Positions 1 to 12,352 of a stretch of 64,000 nucleotides of DNA are shown here, one piece after another. The notes below the pieces were generated by a model. That model did no database searches. It worked only from the letters and a program-made list of their open reading frames with translations, and had not been told where the DNA came from. This DNA is from Amoebidium appalachense. Taxonomy: Eukaryota > Protista > Ichthyosporea. The DNA lies in NCBI GenBank assembly GCA_963693365.1, contig CAVNZM010000004.1, positions 14,258,524-14,322,523 on the forward strand. Reading direction: 5' to 3'. Made by a program: the position numbers and the translations under genes. Each line of letters starts with the position of its first letter. The stretch's first letter is position 1.

Positions 1-441
1 TGTTACCGTCCAATCAACACATATTAAGTAACACAAATCTACCTAACATATATTAGTAGAAAAGAAATACGATTATACACATGAAGACAAGGAGAGAAAG
101 AAAAGAAAATAAGGAAGGAGAAAGAGAAAGGAAAAGAGAGCACAGATCAACAAACAAGATAGTAATAGTATAATAGTATAACCAGAGATATTTATGTACA
201 CACGAACATGTACACGTCTCTCCCTGAGTGGGTGGATCCGTGTACACACATATAAATAATCAAATTGATATTACAATACACGATTAAAGCCGATACAACA
301 CGATTACAAGTATACAAGCATATCGGAGATCGATGCTACACTTTACATAATAGGAGTGTGGCATTTACACTAAGCATATGAACTGAAACATAACACAAAC
401 TGAGAAGATCTTACCATATGTAAATACTACGTATTACAACA
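1..441. mobile_element. possible solo LTR
   Basis: AT-rich 441-bp segment bounded by TGTT...AACA, lying just upstream of a copia gag. The left flank is outside the window, so no TSD can be checked. Confidence 0.3.
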
Positions 442-525
442 CTCGCTGCAATCGAAAATATTCAAATTTGAATACCGATCTCAGGCTGATTCCTCTCCCG
501 CGCATCATCTGAATGATTGATCACC

Positions 526-1284
526 ATGTCGGAGAAACCCGCGTACCTCAACCTCACCCCCTGGAAAGGGGAGGACACCACGGACAAGAAGTGCGGTAAA
601 CGGCTCACCTATTATGAGTGGGAACCCGTCATCTTCATCATGGCTATGACACTGAGGAGGCATACACCGAGGCTTTTAACTTCCTTGAACAGATGTTTAC
701 TCAACTCGTCTCCAATGATGAGCTGTATAACTCTGGTCAAATCCACGATGATGTGTCACCTGCCCAAGCTTTCCACAACCTCCGTATGGTCTATGCGGCT
801 GAACGTGAAGATCGTGCTCGTCAAATCCTCCTCGACTACCAAACTCAAGGACTTCAAGACAGTCACGGCCTACCTCACCATGGCACGCCGTCTGTGGAGT
901 ACCCTGCACATCCTCGAAGAGCCCTTTCCTCAGAAGACCATGGTTGATAACTTCTTGATCCACCTCAAGAAGAACCGTAAGTTAGTTTGTTCCGACATCC
1001 AGGCCATGATTGCCGACTACTTCCGTCATAACATCAGCTACGAGACCTACAACCGTCTAATCAGTGACATCCGAGCTGCAGAGATCCGTGAAGGTCTCAT
1101 CGACTCTGGGTCCGGGTCCTCCTCCTCCGTCCGAACAGCATGTGCCCTGCAAAGCCGTGTTCTCACCAAGGACGACCTCCGACACCGGATCCCCCGACAT
1201 GACAGCTCTGTCTCCCGTCACCCCCGTGGTCGTCCCACCGATCGATCCCCCTCAGTTGACCGTGATTACTCCCGGTCCCGTTCC
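526..1284 (+). pseudogene. Ty1/copia gag, frameshifted
   Basis: ORFs 517..1305 and 618..947 alternate to give gag-like text (AFHNLRMVYAAEREDRARQILL...TVTAYLTMARRLWSTL...). It is collinear with copia integrase and RT remnants downstream and is cut off at 1285 by an LTR. Confidence 0.6.
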
Positions 1285-2390
1285 TGTTATTTTGTGTGGT
1301 TTTAACGGAGAAGCAGAGTGCACAAATGGGTGTTATGATATACACAACACAGAGACACACGGGAGAACACAACCGGAGAGGTGAAACGATTTCTGGGACC
1401 ATATGAAATGATTTCAACTGCTTGATATTTACTTCAAGATGAAGTTCCTTTTATACTCGGGAATGTGAAATCGATAAGCCAATCAAAAGAACGAAAACTA
1501 CATTATCCAATCTGACATATACTAATCCGTCTCAGCAGATCAGCCTAAGTCTACGATGGGGGGGACAGGGGGGGGGGGGGGGGGGTGGCCCGGGTCCACA
1601 GATCATCAAGATCAAGTCCGGGGCCTCAAGATAGCTGTACAGCTGCGTGCATCTTGCCTCTGCCGGCGCAGGGCAGGACCACGTCAGCTGGGGCAGCCGA
1701 CCAATAGAATTCTAATTAGTGTGTAGGATAGATCGTAGGAGGACTTAGGAATGTGATTGTTCGGGCAGAAGCCCTTTTGTAAGTATTGGCAAGGTTTGAT
1801 AGTGTATGTTGCCAAACGTATTTATATATTTAGATGTAGAGGAAAGGGGGGAGGGAAGGGGGGGGAGGATAGTATGAAATGTAGATTTAGACTCTGCGGT
1901 GCCACTAGGGGGAGGGTGAGGGGTGAGACATGGATAAATATATTGGTTTGAGTAGATCGACTTAGCTCGTGCAGGCGCACGATAAAGTAGATCGGAATGT
2001 TTGGAATGTGGCATCGTAGGGGGGCCAGGTGATGATGATCTTTGAGGGCACGGCCTTGATGGCCTCAGTTGTGACTTAGCCTCATTCCGTACGGATCTAA
2101 GTTTTGCCCGTCGGAGCCTGGTCTGAATAAACTTTACCGTTTTTCCGTACACGTTCGTTCCTTTTCGTGTGTGTACACTTAGTAGAGTGCCGCGTCTCTA
2201 GTACATACACGATAGGATACGACACAATCACAAAGACGAAAACTATGAGGGTAACATAAATCGATCGAAATGCCTGTCGACACATAACTAATGAAAGTAA
2301 TCTTCTAATGAAAGTACGGAAACATTTAACAAAATGAAACCACTTATGTAACTATTAGTTCACATCATATATTTATACATGTTCTTAACT
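1285..2390 (-). mobile_element. solo LTR family A, copy 1 (interrupted by a nested LTR at 1513-2224)
   Basis: 1285-1512 plus 2230-2389 match 5444-5856 closely. The minus strand carries GATTGG (CCAAT) boxes and TATAAAAG. Confidence 0.75.
1513..2224. mobile_element. nested solo LTR, 712 bp
   Basis: Starts TG (TGACATAT) and ends CA (ATACGACA). It is flanked by the 5-bp direct repeat CAATC (1508-1512 and 2225-2229) and is absent from the second family-A copy. Confidence 0.75.
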
Positions 2391-2774
2391 TGATATATAT
2401 GTATTTAAATAAGTTTCTTTATAGAGACGAACATAAATATATGTGTGAGTTAATAGTGACTAGATGTATAATTACTTAATTTATTTAAGAAAGAGTTTCT
2501 AAACTTTAGTTTAATCGGAAGTTGGAATGCGTATGCTCTGTCGGAATGTGTTTTTCTATCTTCTGATAGAACCGATTGGTTCTCCCTCTTTAGTTGTGAT
2601 AAGATGATAAGTCGCAAGTACAAAAGGAACCGAGAGCACAATAAAGAATCAGTTGTTGTTTAAATCTTTCAATGTCTCGTGAACAACTCCGATTGCTTTC
2701 TCACTAATGTGTTAGTCGTGTTTTACATGACACCTCTGTGCACTCTGCTCCCTTAGACCCGTACAAAAATAACA
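2391..2774 (+). mobile_element. solo LTR related to family A, opposite orientation
   Basis: TG...CA ends. Its last ~45 bp (TGTGCACTCTGCTCCCTTAGACCCGTACAAAAATAACA) resemble the reverse complement of 1285-1330. Contains TACAAAAGGAAC and AATAAA like family A. Confidence 0.6.
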
Positions 2775-3072
2775 GCTGAGGCCCTCCAACATGCTGCCTA
2801 CATCGTCAACGTCACCCCTTGCACGGCTGCCAACGGTCGTACTCCATTCGAGGTTTTCTACGGTGTCAAGCCCGAGATCTCCGAGCCCAAAGTGTTTGGT
2901 TGCGCTGCCTACACTCATGCGCCAGCCTCCAAACGGAACAAGCTGGCCCCCACGGTCAAACTCGGCATGTATATTGGCTATGATCTTCAATCACACTGTC
3001 ATCGGATATTCAACTCAACCACTGTGGCACCCATCGTGTCGGCCTCTTCCGTGACGTGATTTTCGACGAATC
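2775..3072 (+). pseudogene. Ty1/copia integrase C-terminal region
   Basis: Manual translation from 2775 gives AEALQHAAYIVNVTP...TPFEVFYGVKP...VFGCAAYTH...KRNKL...YIGY, then after a frameshift RDVIFDES. These are hallmark copia integrase C-terminal motifs. Confidence 0.85.
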
Positions 3073-3216
3073 AGCTTATATCCCGTCCGAGATCCCATCG
3101 GCACTGCCAACCCCCGACACCTCTGCCACCTCGACCACCCCGACCCCCACCGTTGAGACTGAAGATGACGTTTGCCTGGTGGACTCCGACCCCCCTCCTG
3201 CTGTTGTCTTTCCACC

Positions 3217-3249
<33 letters not shown>

Positions 3250-3604
3250 ACCGGCCCCCCTGCTCCCGTGCGCGTTCAGCGTGCCGACATCCATCCAGCC
3301 CCTGGCAACGTCACCCCCATCCGGCCCGGCTCCCCCGACAATTTCCACTCGGCCCCGTCAAGCCCGGAGGCCCCCCCCCCCTGCAATTCCGAACTTCCAT
3401 GTTCCCCCCCCCACCGTCTCCACCCCACCCGGTTCCTGCATCCCGTCGTTCTGCCCGTTTGCAGGGCAAGGTTGGCCTTCAAGTCACCACCACCCTGCCT
3501 GTTCCCCCCGGTCCTCCCATCAACATCGACCAGCTACCCAAACTTGTCCGTCAACTGTGCTCCGGCCCCAATGGTGACCAGGTCAAGTCAGCCCTTACTG
3601 CTGA

Positions 3605-4521
3605 GTGATGATCAAGCCTTCGTCGACAAAGACATCTTTGAACTCGTTGACCCTCCCCCTGGTGCTAACATCGTCGGATTCAAGTGGATTGTCTCTGAGA
3701 AAACTCCTAACTCGGCTGGTGACATCAAGATCAACGCCCGTGGTGTTGCTCAAGGCTTCAGTCAGCAATACGGTGTTGAAGGCTATGAGTTGATTGAGAG
3801 CCCTGACGGTCATCCGGCCGGCTGCTCTCCGTGCCATCCTTGCTCTGGCCGTTGTTGAAGGTCATGACATCCATCAACTCGACGTGTCTACGGCCTTCAA
3901 CTCAACAGCCCACTCACCGAGACCATCTACATGAAACAGCCACCGGGATTCATCACCATGGCCACCCTTGGCAAGGTCTGGAGACTCAAGAAAGCTCTGT
4001 ATGGCCTCAAGCAAGCCTCCAAGGCCTGGTACGACTTTCTCGACGGTATCCTTCTTGCCCATGGTCTGACGCGTACTAAGACTGACCCGTGCATCTACCT
4101 CTGGTTCTTCCCCGACAACGATGTGGTCCGGGCTGGCAACTACGTCGATGACTCCACTATCACCAACACCCGGGGTTCTACTGCTGCCAGTGACCTGGCT
4201 GTCCACATCAGCAAGATGGCCAGCTGTCATATGAGCCCATTCGACCACTATGATCGGTGTTGATTTTAATCACTCCGACCCCCACCACCTACACATGCAC
4301 CAGAGGTCTTACATCATGGACATCATCCACAACTTCAACCTCACCGATGCCAAGTCCAAGTCTACCCCCATACCCGCAGGCACCACCGTCTCCCTGGCTG
4401 ACTGCCCCCCCCAACCGTTCACCGTGCCCTACCGTGAGTTACTCGGCCGTCTTTTCTGGGTGGCACGGTGCACACGTCCCGACATTGCCTATGCCATCGG
4501 CTTCCTTTCACACTGCACCAC
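3605..4521 (+). pseudogene. Ty1/copia reverse transcriptase (RVT_2), frameshifted and 3'-truncated
   Basis: Motifs FELVDPPPGANIVGFKW, ARGVAQGFSQQYG, MKQPPGF, LKKALYGLKQASKAW, DPCIY, YVDD and TRPDIAYA are spread over three frames. Confidence 0.92.
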
Positions 4522-5443
4522 TGTGTCTCTGCTTCCGTCCCAAATACATAATATATAATTTCACAGAAAGAGCACAAAGAAGGAAAGCAGACACGAATAC
4601 AAACAAAGCTAAGACACGTACATACTTCAAGGCTCTTGCTGTCATACGTGGTGACGTATTCCGTTAGAGGGGAAGGGAGGGGGGAGGGGAGGGGGAAGGG
4701 AGGAATGTGGTCAGTCTTCGGATTGCACAGTCGGGTTTTATGACGGTTTGGCAAAAATTAATGTACTACTAGGGTGAAGGGGGATCATTGCCAGTGTGGA
4801 GCTGAGTCCAAATTTGTACGTAAGTGTGTGGTGTCAGATATGGAGGTGGCTTTACCTTTTATGACACCAGGTGGGTTGGGAGAGAGGGGGGGGGGGGGGG
4901 GGGGGGATGAGGGGGGGAAGGAATGGTTCTCTGTGGGGGGGGGACTTAGAAGCTTAGGGGAAGGTATTGGTAGGAAAGGGCAGGTATATATGTGTTTTCA
5001 GGAGCAGAGCTGCCAATACATGTTGGAATCTTACCAGTCTCTGAGGCAGATAACTCCTTCTGCTGAGATGTAGTGTTGCCCTCACTTGCTGAACCGTTAT
5101 GGAAGGTGGCCCTAGCATCATGTGAGGTGGTTCCCCCGGATGAAGGACGACGACCGCCATCCTCATCACCACTCGACTGGTCCGGTTCATGCATCCATGT
5201 GCACAAAGAATGTGTAGTCAGCACCTTTTGTGCCATGCAAACATGGTGCCTGCAAATGTAGCAGAGGCTATCCCCCCCCCCCCCCCCCCCCCTTCCCCCC
5301 CCACTCTCACACACTCCCACACACCCATACAACACACCAATCCCCTGTGTTTCCCCCCATGTCCCTCTCCCCCACCCCCCCCCCCCCCCAGACCCCCTTC
5401 CCCCGGTGACCCTCTCCCTCCCCGATCCCCCCCCCCCCCCCCC

Positions 5444-5856
5444 TGTTATTTTGTATGGGTTTTAACGGAGAAGCAGAGTGCACAGAAGGGTGTTATGATA
5501 TACACAACACAGAGACACACGGGAGAAACACAACCGGAGAGGTGGAACGATTTCTGGGACCATATGAAATGATTTCAACTGCTTGATACTAGTATTTATT
5601 TCAAGATGAAGTTCCTTTTATACTCAGGAATGTGAAATCGATAAGCCAATCAAAAGAACGAAACCCCTTTTATCCAATCAGAAAGACGAAAACTATGAGG
5701 GTAAAATAAATCGATCAAAATGCCTGTCGACACAGAAGATAAATCGCAATCTTCTAATGAAAGTAATCTTCTAATGAAAGTACGGAAACATTTAACAAAA
5801 TGAAACAACTTATGTATCTATTAGTTCACATCATATATTTATACATGTTCTTAACA
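5444..5856 (-). mobile_element. solo LTR family A, copy 2 (413 bp)
   Basis: TGTT...AACA termini, high similarity to 1285-1512 plus 2230-2389, and CCAAT, TATA and AATAAA signals on the minus strand. Confidence 0.75.
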
Positions 5857-5910
5857 TAACACGTCTAAATATAAGTATTCCTAATAGCTGGGGAGCTTAG
5901 AGCAATTCTA

Positions 5911-6961
5911 CAGTAAACCGCTCGAATTTGGGACGATTTGAATCCCGTCATAAATTTGGGACACTTTTAATTGGCCCTCCGGACTTGGGTCCATTATTAC
6001 GTTTTTCCCGTCCTTTTTGAATGCCAGCGTGTCTGGTTGGCTGCCCAACCCGGCAGCCAAGTTTGAAAATAAAGGGCCGTTTTCTACCAACCACCACAGC
6101 AGAGCAAAGCACATCCTCTTTCGAAAACATAGGAACTCCTCATCCTCACTCTAAGGATTTCCTCTCACGTAGCCTCACATCTTTCATATGCTTTGTACTT
6201 TTAATGCCCATTTATCACACACCCTTGCCCCACAGACAGAATGGGGTTCCCAACATGAGTGCACAAGGGCAGAAAAGGCGCAAGCCCACAGCAGAGGAGA
6301 TAGAGGCAGCGTTTCTAGAACACAAAAATAAGACACATGAAGAGCGATGTGATTTAGTTGCAGAGCACCGTGACGTGAAGCATAATATTTATTCTTACAG
6401 GGAAGTACCCGTTTTATCAGTATCCATACCCCGGACAGATGTAGAGGTATGCTAACAGTACAGGAAGAGCATGCGTGTGTAGGTTGCACTTGTAGTACAG
6501 AACGACGCCTTTAGTCACAGGCAATAGGTTGTATGATGTGTTCAGTTTATTTTGTAAAAAAAGGCACCCTTGAAGCCTCGTTGAGTGTACAGACTGGTTT
6601 GAAAGCTAGAGAAGGCCCCAGGGGTGGGCAACGGTGAAAGGAACAGCGAGACCACACCCAGCTGGTGCATGTGCGTCAGCATGTTCGTCTGCATATACGT
6701 CTATGCAACACGTGTCCCAAATAAAAATGCATTTTGAATTCAGAATGAAATTTGCAAGATGATACCCTAGGCTACATTCACGTGTCTAAGTCGTCGGAAA
6801 CGTGTTTTATGAACCTCAGCGCTTATATACTGGGGTAGCCATGTGCCAGGGCTTGCTGGGGATGCTCGAATGTTCCAGAAAAAAGCTAAAAATAGCTACC
6901 CATAAGCGCTCGATCAGCGATGACGCGAAAAGCCTTTGTCCCAAATTCGAGCGGTTTACTG
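5911..6961. mobile_element. non-autonomous Tc1/mariner (pogo/Tigger-like) DNA transposon
   Basis: Perfect 24-bp TIR CAGTAAACCGCTCGAATTTGGGAC at 5911-5934 and its reverse complement at 6938-6961, with TA on both sides. A subterminal AATTTGGGAC lies near 5953. The short ORF at 6255 (MSAQGQKRRKPTAEE...) resembles a transposase N-terminal HTH remnant. Confidence 0.85.
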
Positions 6962-8131
6962 TACGTCGTGGGAAAAGAAGGAAAAGGAATGAGGATAGAA
7001 AGGAATGGAATGGGAAAGGAATCGAGTAGAATGAAGGAGGAATGCAGGTTACTATATTTGAGAAAATATAACGAGATCTGATTGGACAACTTATTTAGAC
7101 ATTGACGCAAACAACATTACGTGTGCGCGGGCCAAATGGCTCGATGTGTACACAGATCTAAGACTCTGGGATATCTGTGTACACGGAAACGGAAAGGAAA
7201 GAAAGAAAGGAAGAAAGGAAATTTTTTAAAGGGAAAAGGAAACGAACTACAACAAACTAATAAACATGTGTAAACTCAACTTCTAAGTCTTGCCGTTAAT
7301 CATGGGTAGATGACACCCTTCCCCTCCCCTCTCTCTAACATAAAAAAAAGCAGCCTCGTGAAAAACCACTGAAAAACTGTGCATTATGACACAACCATAT
7401 ATTTATTACCTTCGGGCCCTGAGCCACCTGAGAGGTGTAGAGTCCTGGATGACTCTTCATCAAATCAAATGCAAATCGATGTAGATATACGGTGGATATT
7501 TTCGGAAAAACTTTGCACCTTTCACACAACACACTTAGCCACACTTATGTCAGGCCCCACCGCATTATTGGCAAGCGATATGGACCACGTACCTACTATG
7601 AGCCTGCTAAATAGGTGCTTTCAATCTTTCTTCTGTACGTATACATAGAATACAGACAGATAGCTATATAAAAAGAGAAAAATAAAAAAGTGTACCTATG
7701 CGTAGTAATACGTTATGTTCAATTCAGGATATATTTGCACTAGGTAAGGGGGGGGGGGGGAGATCGGCGAGGGTCCGGAGGGGGGGGGGGGGGGGGCATG
7801 AGAGGGGGAAAGGAGTGAATTTCCCATCGTAAGTATGAGCACCGTGTACTGTAATGCACATTTTGGGGCGGTGCCGGATATATTTATACACTGCCTGCAG
7901 GCAAAAGTAGCAATAGGTGCTCGCGGAATACATTATTTCTAACTACATTTTGAATAAAACAAATACTAACATATTTCTTTATAATATAGCCTGATATAAA
8001 GCCTCACTAGTATTTAGTCCATATGCACCATTGTACGTACTGATGATACGGGGGTCGCATGCTGAGTCGCATGTCACGCGGCAGCGTACGGCCTACAATT
8101 TCCAGCCCTGCGCCAGCGCTGGCAGGTTGTG

Positions 8132-8292
8132 TGACGTCATCTGTATGACGTCATTTGCGGGTCGGCCCGGGAACCAGTGTTTCGAGCCGGGAACCACTGT
8201 TTCAAATTGGGGAACTGAGGTTTCGAGCCGGGAAGCACGATTCTGGCCCGGGAACTAGCCCCTGGATTCGACCCTTATTTTTTCCCGGGAAC
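8132..8292. promoter_or_regulatory. two CRE/ATF palindromes plus an approximately 20-bp-period GGGAA array
   Basis: TGACGTCA at 8132 and 8146. GGGAA at about 8169, 8189, 8210, 8230, 8250 and 8287. Lies about 450 bp upstream of the membrane-protein ORF. Confidence 0.35.
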
Positions 8293-8770
8293 TGCATTCC
8301 AGCTGCACCGTATCACTGAGGTGCTGATTGCAAATCGAATAGATGCATATGCCATAGCCCTTGTGCCATCAAGTACGCGGGGGCGGGATAGGCGGGAACA
8401 GGCTAAGTACATACGTGACTGGGAAGAGCAGGAATACACAGATAGACTATCCTTTCATAACAACTGCCCCAAGCAACCAGCACGCACGGTGAAAGAGCTG
8501 ACGTAAAGCTAGCTTATAACTCAACACATGTAATGAACGAGCATGTGCAGCCTTTGAAAAAACCACATGAATATAGGGCACACACACACCACGCACACGT
8601 AGTGTTGCGAAACTTGGCACACACCAAGCATATTTAGTGTAGTGTAACTCCACGCACATATAGCGACCTTGTGGTGTAACACAAGAACCACGTGCAGACC
8701 AGGCCCTGCGCCAAGAAAAGCCACACCTATGCATACGAGCAGTGTTTATGCTACAAACACGCGCTTGAAG

Positions 8771-10063
8771 ATGACTAGCTTTAAGACCACCTATGAGACC
8801 ACTGACGAGACACCACTTGAGGTTTCTTGTGTGGACACCCCCAAGGACGATATATCTGCAAGGGCAAACCCCAAAACATGCGCACCAGAGGAGTCACTGG
8901 TAGGTACAGTGAATACGCTCTCCAAGGTCGAGGCCAAGAGGAGGGCCAAGGAGGAAGAGAGGGCCAGGAGGGCCGCAAAAGCACACCGCAGGTATCAGAT
9001 GTGGTCCTTTCTGGGGTTTGTGATCATCTTTAGCCTGCTGGGCGGCATGGAGGTGGCCGTATTGCTGTTGCTGCGCGGTGTGCCTGCAAGTCCCAAACCA
9101 CCCTTGGGCACAGTGATAGGCGTGGCGAGGGAGCTGGAGGCCGCAGCGTCGTACATACCAACACACCCAAATGCCACCCTTGCGCAAAAGGCAGGCAACC
9201 TCAAGCAGATTATGGCGCTGGTCAAAAAGTACGAGCAGGTGGTGGCCGTGGCCTACACCGACACCCACACCATGGCGCTGTACTGCATAGCCCCCGTGGC
9301 CATAGAGTTTGTGCTGTTTTTGCTGGTGGGTGTTTTTTTTGTCATCAATCGAGACAGCAAGGAGGTCAAGTCCCGTGGCCGCCCGTTCCTGATCCATTTC
9401 TTCATCGCGGGGGTCTTGACGCACATATCGTCGGCCTTCCTCACGTTTGTGCCCTGCTTGTTGTTCGTCAAATTCCCCCGCAAACTAAGTCTGACCAATG
9501 CCGAGGACCTGGCAGCGGCAGGAGAGCTTATTGCCACCGAGGTGCTGATAGCAGCTAGTGCCACGCTGTCATGTGTGCTCTTCACCCTGGGCGCACTGAT
9601 GCAGCGCCAGAGGATCATACGGCAGATCTTCGACAAATCAACACGGCTCAACAGGGACCTGAGGTACATGAAGCTGTTCTGGGTGCACTTTGTCACGTCC
9701 GGCATAGTGGTCGCATGCTTAATCGTGTGGCGAATATGGTTTGCCCTCGACGTCAACCAGAGATTCTGGGCGTTGGGTTCGCTTCTGGGGGTGATCATCT
9801 TTTATATGTGCTATTTTCTCTTTCTGATTTTCGCCACGAAGCACGCGGTTGTAGTGTTCAGTGACTTTGCTTTGAACGTTCGTGCCTTCGTGTGGTTGGC
9901 AACAGCAACCCTTGCCATTGTTATCTTCCACCTCATATACCCCCACGAGGTTGCGCTAGTGTTCTTTGCTTATGCAGCTGTGTCTCGTGCGGCTGTTACC
10001 ATATCCCTCATAGACATAGCATTTAGTCTTATGCTCATACACAACCTAGCAACAGAATTGTAG
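8771..10063 (+). CDS. intronless multi-pass membrane protein, class C GPCR (7tm_3)-like
   Basis: Uninterrupted ORF (ATG at 8729 or 8771) with about 8 hydrophobic segments. Motifs FVINRDSKEVKSRGRPFL, RQRIIRQIF and TKHAVVVFSDF resemble class C ICL1, TM3/ICL2 and ICL3 consensus. Confidence 0.6.
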   Translation: MTSFKTTYETTDETPLEVSCVDTPKDDISARANPKTCAPEESLVGTVNTLSKVEAKRRAKEEERARRAAKAHRRYQMWSFLGFVIIFSLLGGMEVAVLLLLRGVPASPKPPLGTVIGVARELEAAASYIPTHPNATLAQKAGNLKQIMALVKKYEQVVAVAYTDTHTMALYCIAPVAIEFVLFLLVGVFFVINRDSKEVKSRGRPFLIHFFIAGVLTHISSAFLTFVPCLLFVKFPRKLSLTNAEDLAAAGELIATEVLIAASATLSCVLFTLGALMQRQRIIRQIFDKSTRLNRDLRYMKLFWVHFVTSGIVVACLIVWRIWFALDVNQRFWALGSLLGVIIFYMCYFLFLIFATKHAVVVFSDFALNVRAFVWLATATLAIVIFHLIYPHEVALVFFAYAAVSRAAVTISLIDIAFSLMLIHNLATEL

Positions 10064-10265
10064 AATACGGCTTCACATGTGGGTGGGCCAACAAAAACAG
10101 TCGGAAAGTTGCAAAGTACCAATAGGGTGAGGTTTAGGTAGTTTGTTGGTTCTGTATGAGTATAAACACGTGGGTGCTCACGTGATTACGTATAAATGGA
10201 TAGACACAGAAACAGACACAAACATACACACTGTGGCCCACAGGCGTGCAAGTCCGCATGCGTGA

Positions 10266-10500
10266 ACACACACGTACAAACACACACGTACACACATACA
10301 CACACACACACAATACCCACACACACACACACACAGACACATACATGCACACACACGTACACACACACCGTCACACACACACACACACACACACCCACAC
10401 CCACACCCACACACACACACATCACGCGCGGCAGGCACGCACACATACACACGCACATACTATGACCCACACGCATACTCGCGCACACACAAACACACAC
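10266..10500 (+). repeat. degenerate (CA)n microsatellite
   Basis: Visible directly in the sequence. Confidence 0.9.
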
Positions 10501-10965
10501 AGTTAATATACGTTGCTAAAATTCATCCTAATCCGCCGGAAAGGTACTGATTTCTGCTGCATGATAGCCTTAAAGTTTATCGTGTTTTCTGAAAGCCTTA
10601 AGATTATTCTTTTTTTTCCCCCTTCATCAGTAGATAGTCTTTTAACATACGGTTGCAGGAGCATTTAAGGTTATGGGGCGAAGTGGTAATGCTACGGTAT
10701 AGACATGTTGTGGTTTACCAGTAGTTTCTGAAAAACTACCAAAAAAGTAGGAATATGTATGCATGTGGATATTGATGGTGGCCATACACAGTACTATTAA
10801 CCGGCTAGTCACAGTGAAGCTTAGTATTAGACGAGTGCAAAGCCAGTAACCCTTCTTTCATGACAGTCACATCTTTGCTATCCCTCAGACCTTGTCTGCC
10901 CTAATAAATTTGGGGCCCACCCACGCTTTCAAGTCAAGCAGGATTTGAATAGGTAAATGACTTGA

Positions 10966-11544
10966 GCCTCCGGCCTACCGTTTGGTTTCTTTAACTTTTG
11001 CACATACATACACGATGTCGTACTTCCTTGCAAGTTTGTATACTACGTGGCTCGTTGTGTACCACACGACACTAGACCCGATGAAAGCATACACCTTGAA
11101 AAACTAAGCCTTATGTCTCGTTTTATATATACTGACCGCCTCAACCATATTGCCAAATATGGCACTCGCAAATGTATAACACCTAAATACATATCACCTT
11201 CCTGTAGAACTGGTCTTTCTCTAGCTGATGGTATTATTGATCAATTACCACGCTTTTACTGTACACGTGCTATACAGTGGAGATCTAATAAGTATAAGGT
11301 GGCATCATTTGCATGCCCAAACAACACACACACACACCAGTTTAACCGGTCATGTATCGCCAAATGTAGTTTGATAGACCACATAATACCGCAACACACA
11401 CACGTCACATTCACAACAGACACCCAGAAAGATAGCCTACCTATAAATTACAACATCCTTGATTTTATACTAAACACGCGTAACTACGACCTGTTTATTA
11501 GATGTATTGATTGGCTTGAGAAACGCATCACTACAAAATTCTAG
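10966..11544 (+). mobile_element. 5'-truncated non-LTR retrotransposon, ORF2 C-terminal remnant
   Basis: Frame open from 10966 with no good ATG at its start. Homologous to 12353-12964. SCRTGLSLADGII...RAIQWR...C...C...ILDFILN resembles the C-terminus of fungal-type LINE ORF2. The stop codon is followed immediately by (CA)n. Confidence 0.55.
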
Positions 11545-11681
<137 letters not shown>

Positions 11682-11718
11682 CCAGCTGATACCGAGTGTC
11701 CCAGGGGAGCCCCTTTAA

Positions 11719-11787
<69 letters not shown>

Positions 11788-12352
11788 ACCCCAACTAATT
11801 GATTTCTCCTTGTAGTCTTTATGGTGTCTCGTAGAGAAAGTAAACCCGGTGATATATAGTCATCACCCGACATCTATGTACGTGATCATGATATACCGCT
11901 GAGGGGATATTCCGAGCAAAACCCCCCCCATACCTGAGACTGGTTTCTCTTTGCCTCGAGTAACCAGCGTAAACCCCGTATGTATGTAGTGCTGATGTCG
12001 AGGCTACACCAAGACCAACATGTTGGTGGCCTTGGGCTACGTATACACTTACCTCGCTACAGTGTACATACCATATGATATACTGAGGGCATTGTGATTC
12101 GTGAGTGTACGTAGTAGTACATAGATGCATGCAGGACATGTACGCGTAAGATATGTGTGGCATGTGACGTTCAGTGCGACGTTCAGTACATGGGGTTTAC
12201 ACACTTTTTATTGCGTGGACACTGCCGGAGGCCCAGCCACATTCGATGGCCTACTGCGTTTTCCAGCACAGCCAATCAAATGCAGCCAGTGACATATGTA
12301 CATGCTAGGCAACAATGAGCGCCATCGTAGTATCTGACACCCCTATTACATA

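Noticed and set aside
1285-2774. Single TIR transposon bounded by the inverted TGTTATTTT...AAAATAACA ends
   Set aside because: Better explained as two related LTRs in opposite orientation: the left unit recurs alone at 5444-5856 and the flanks show no TSD.
4522-5270. Another LTR truncating the copia RT
   Set aside because: Starts with TG and looks LTR-like, but no matching CA end with a TSD or second copy was found.
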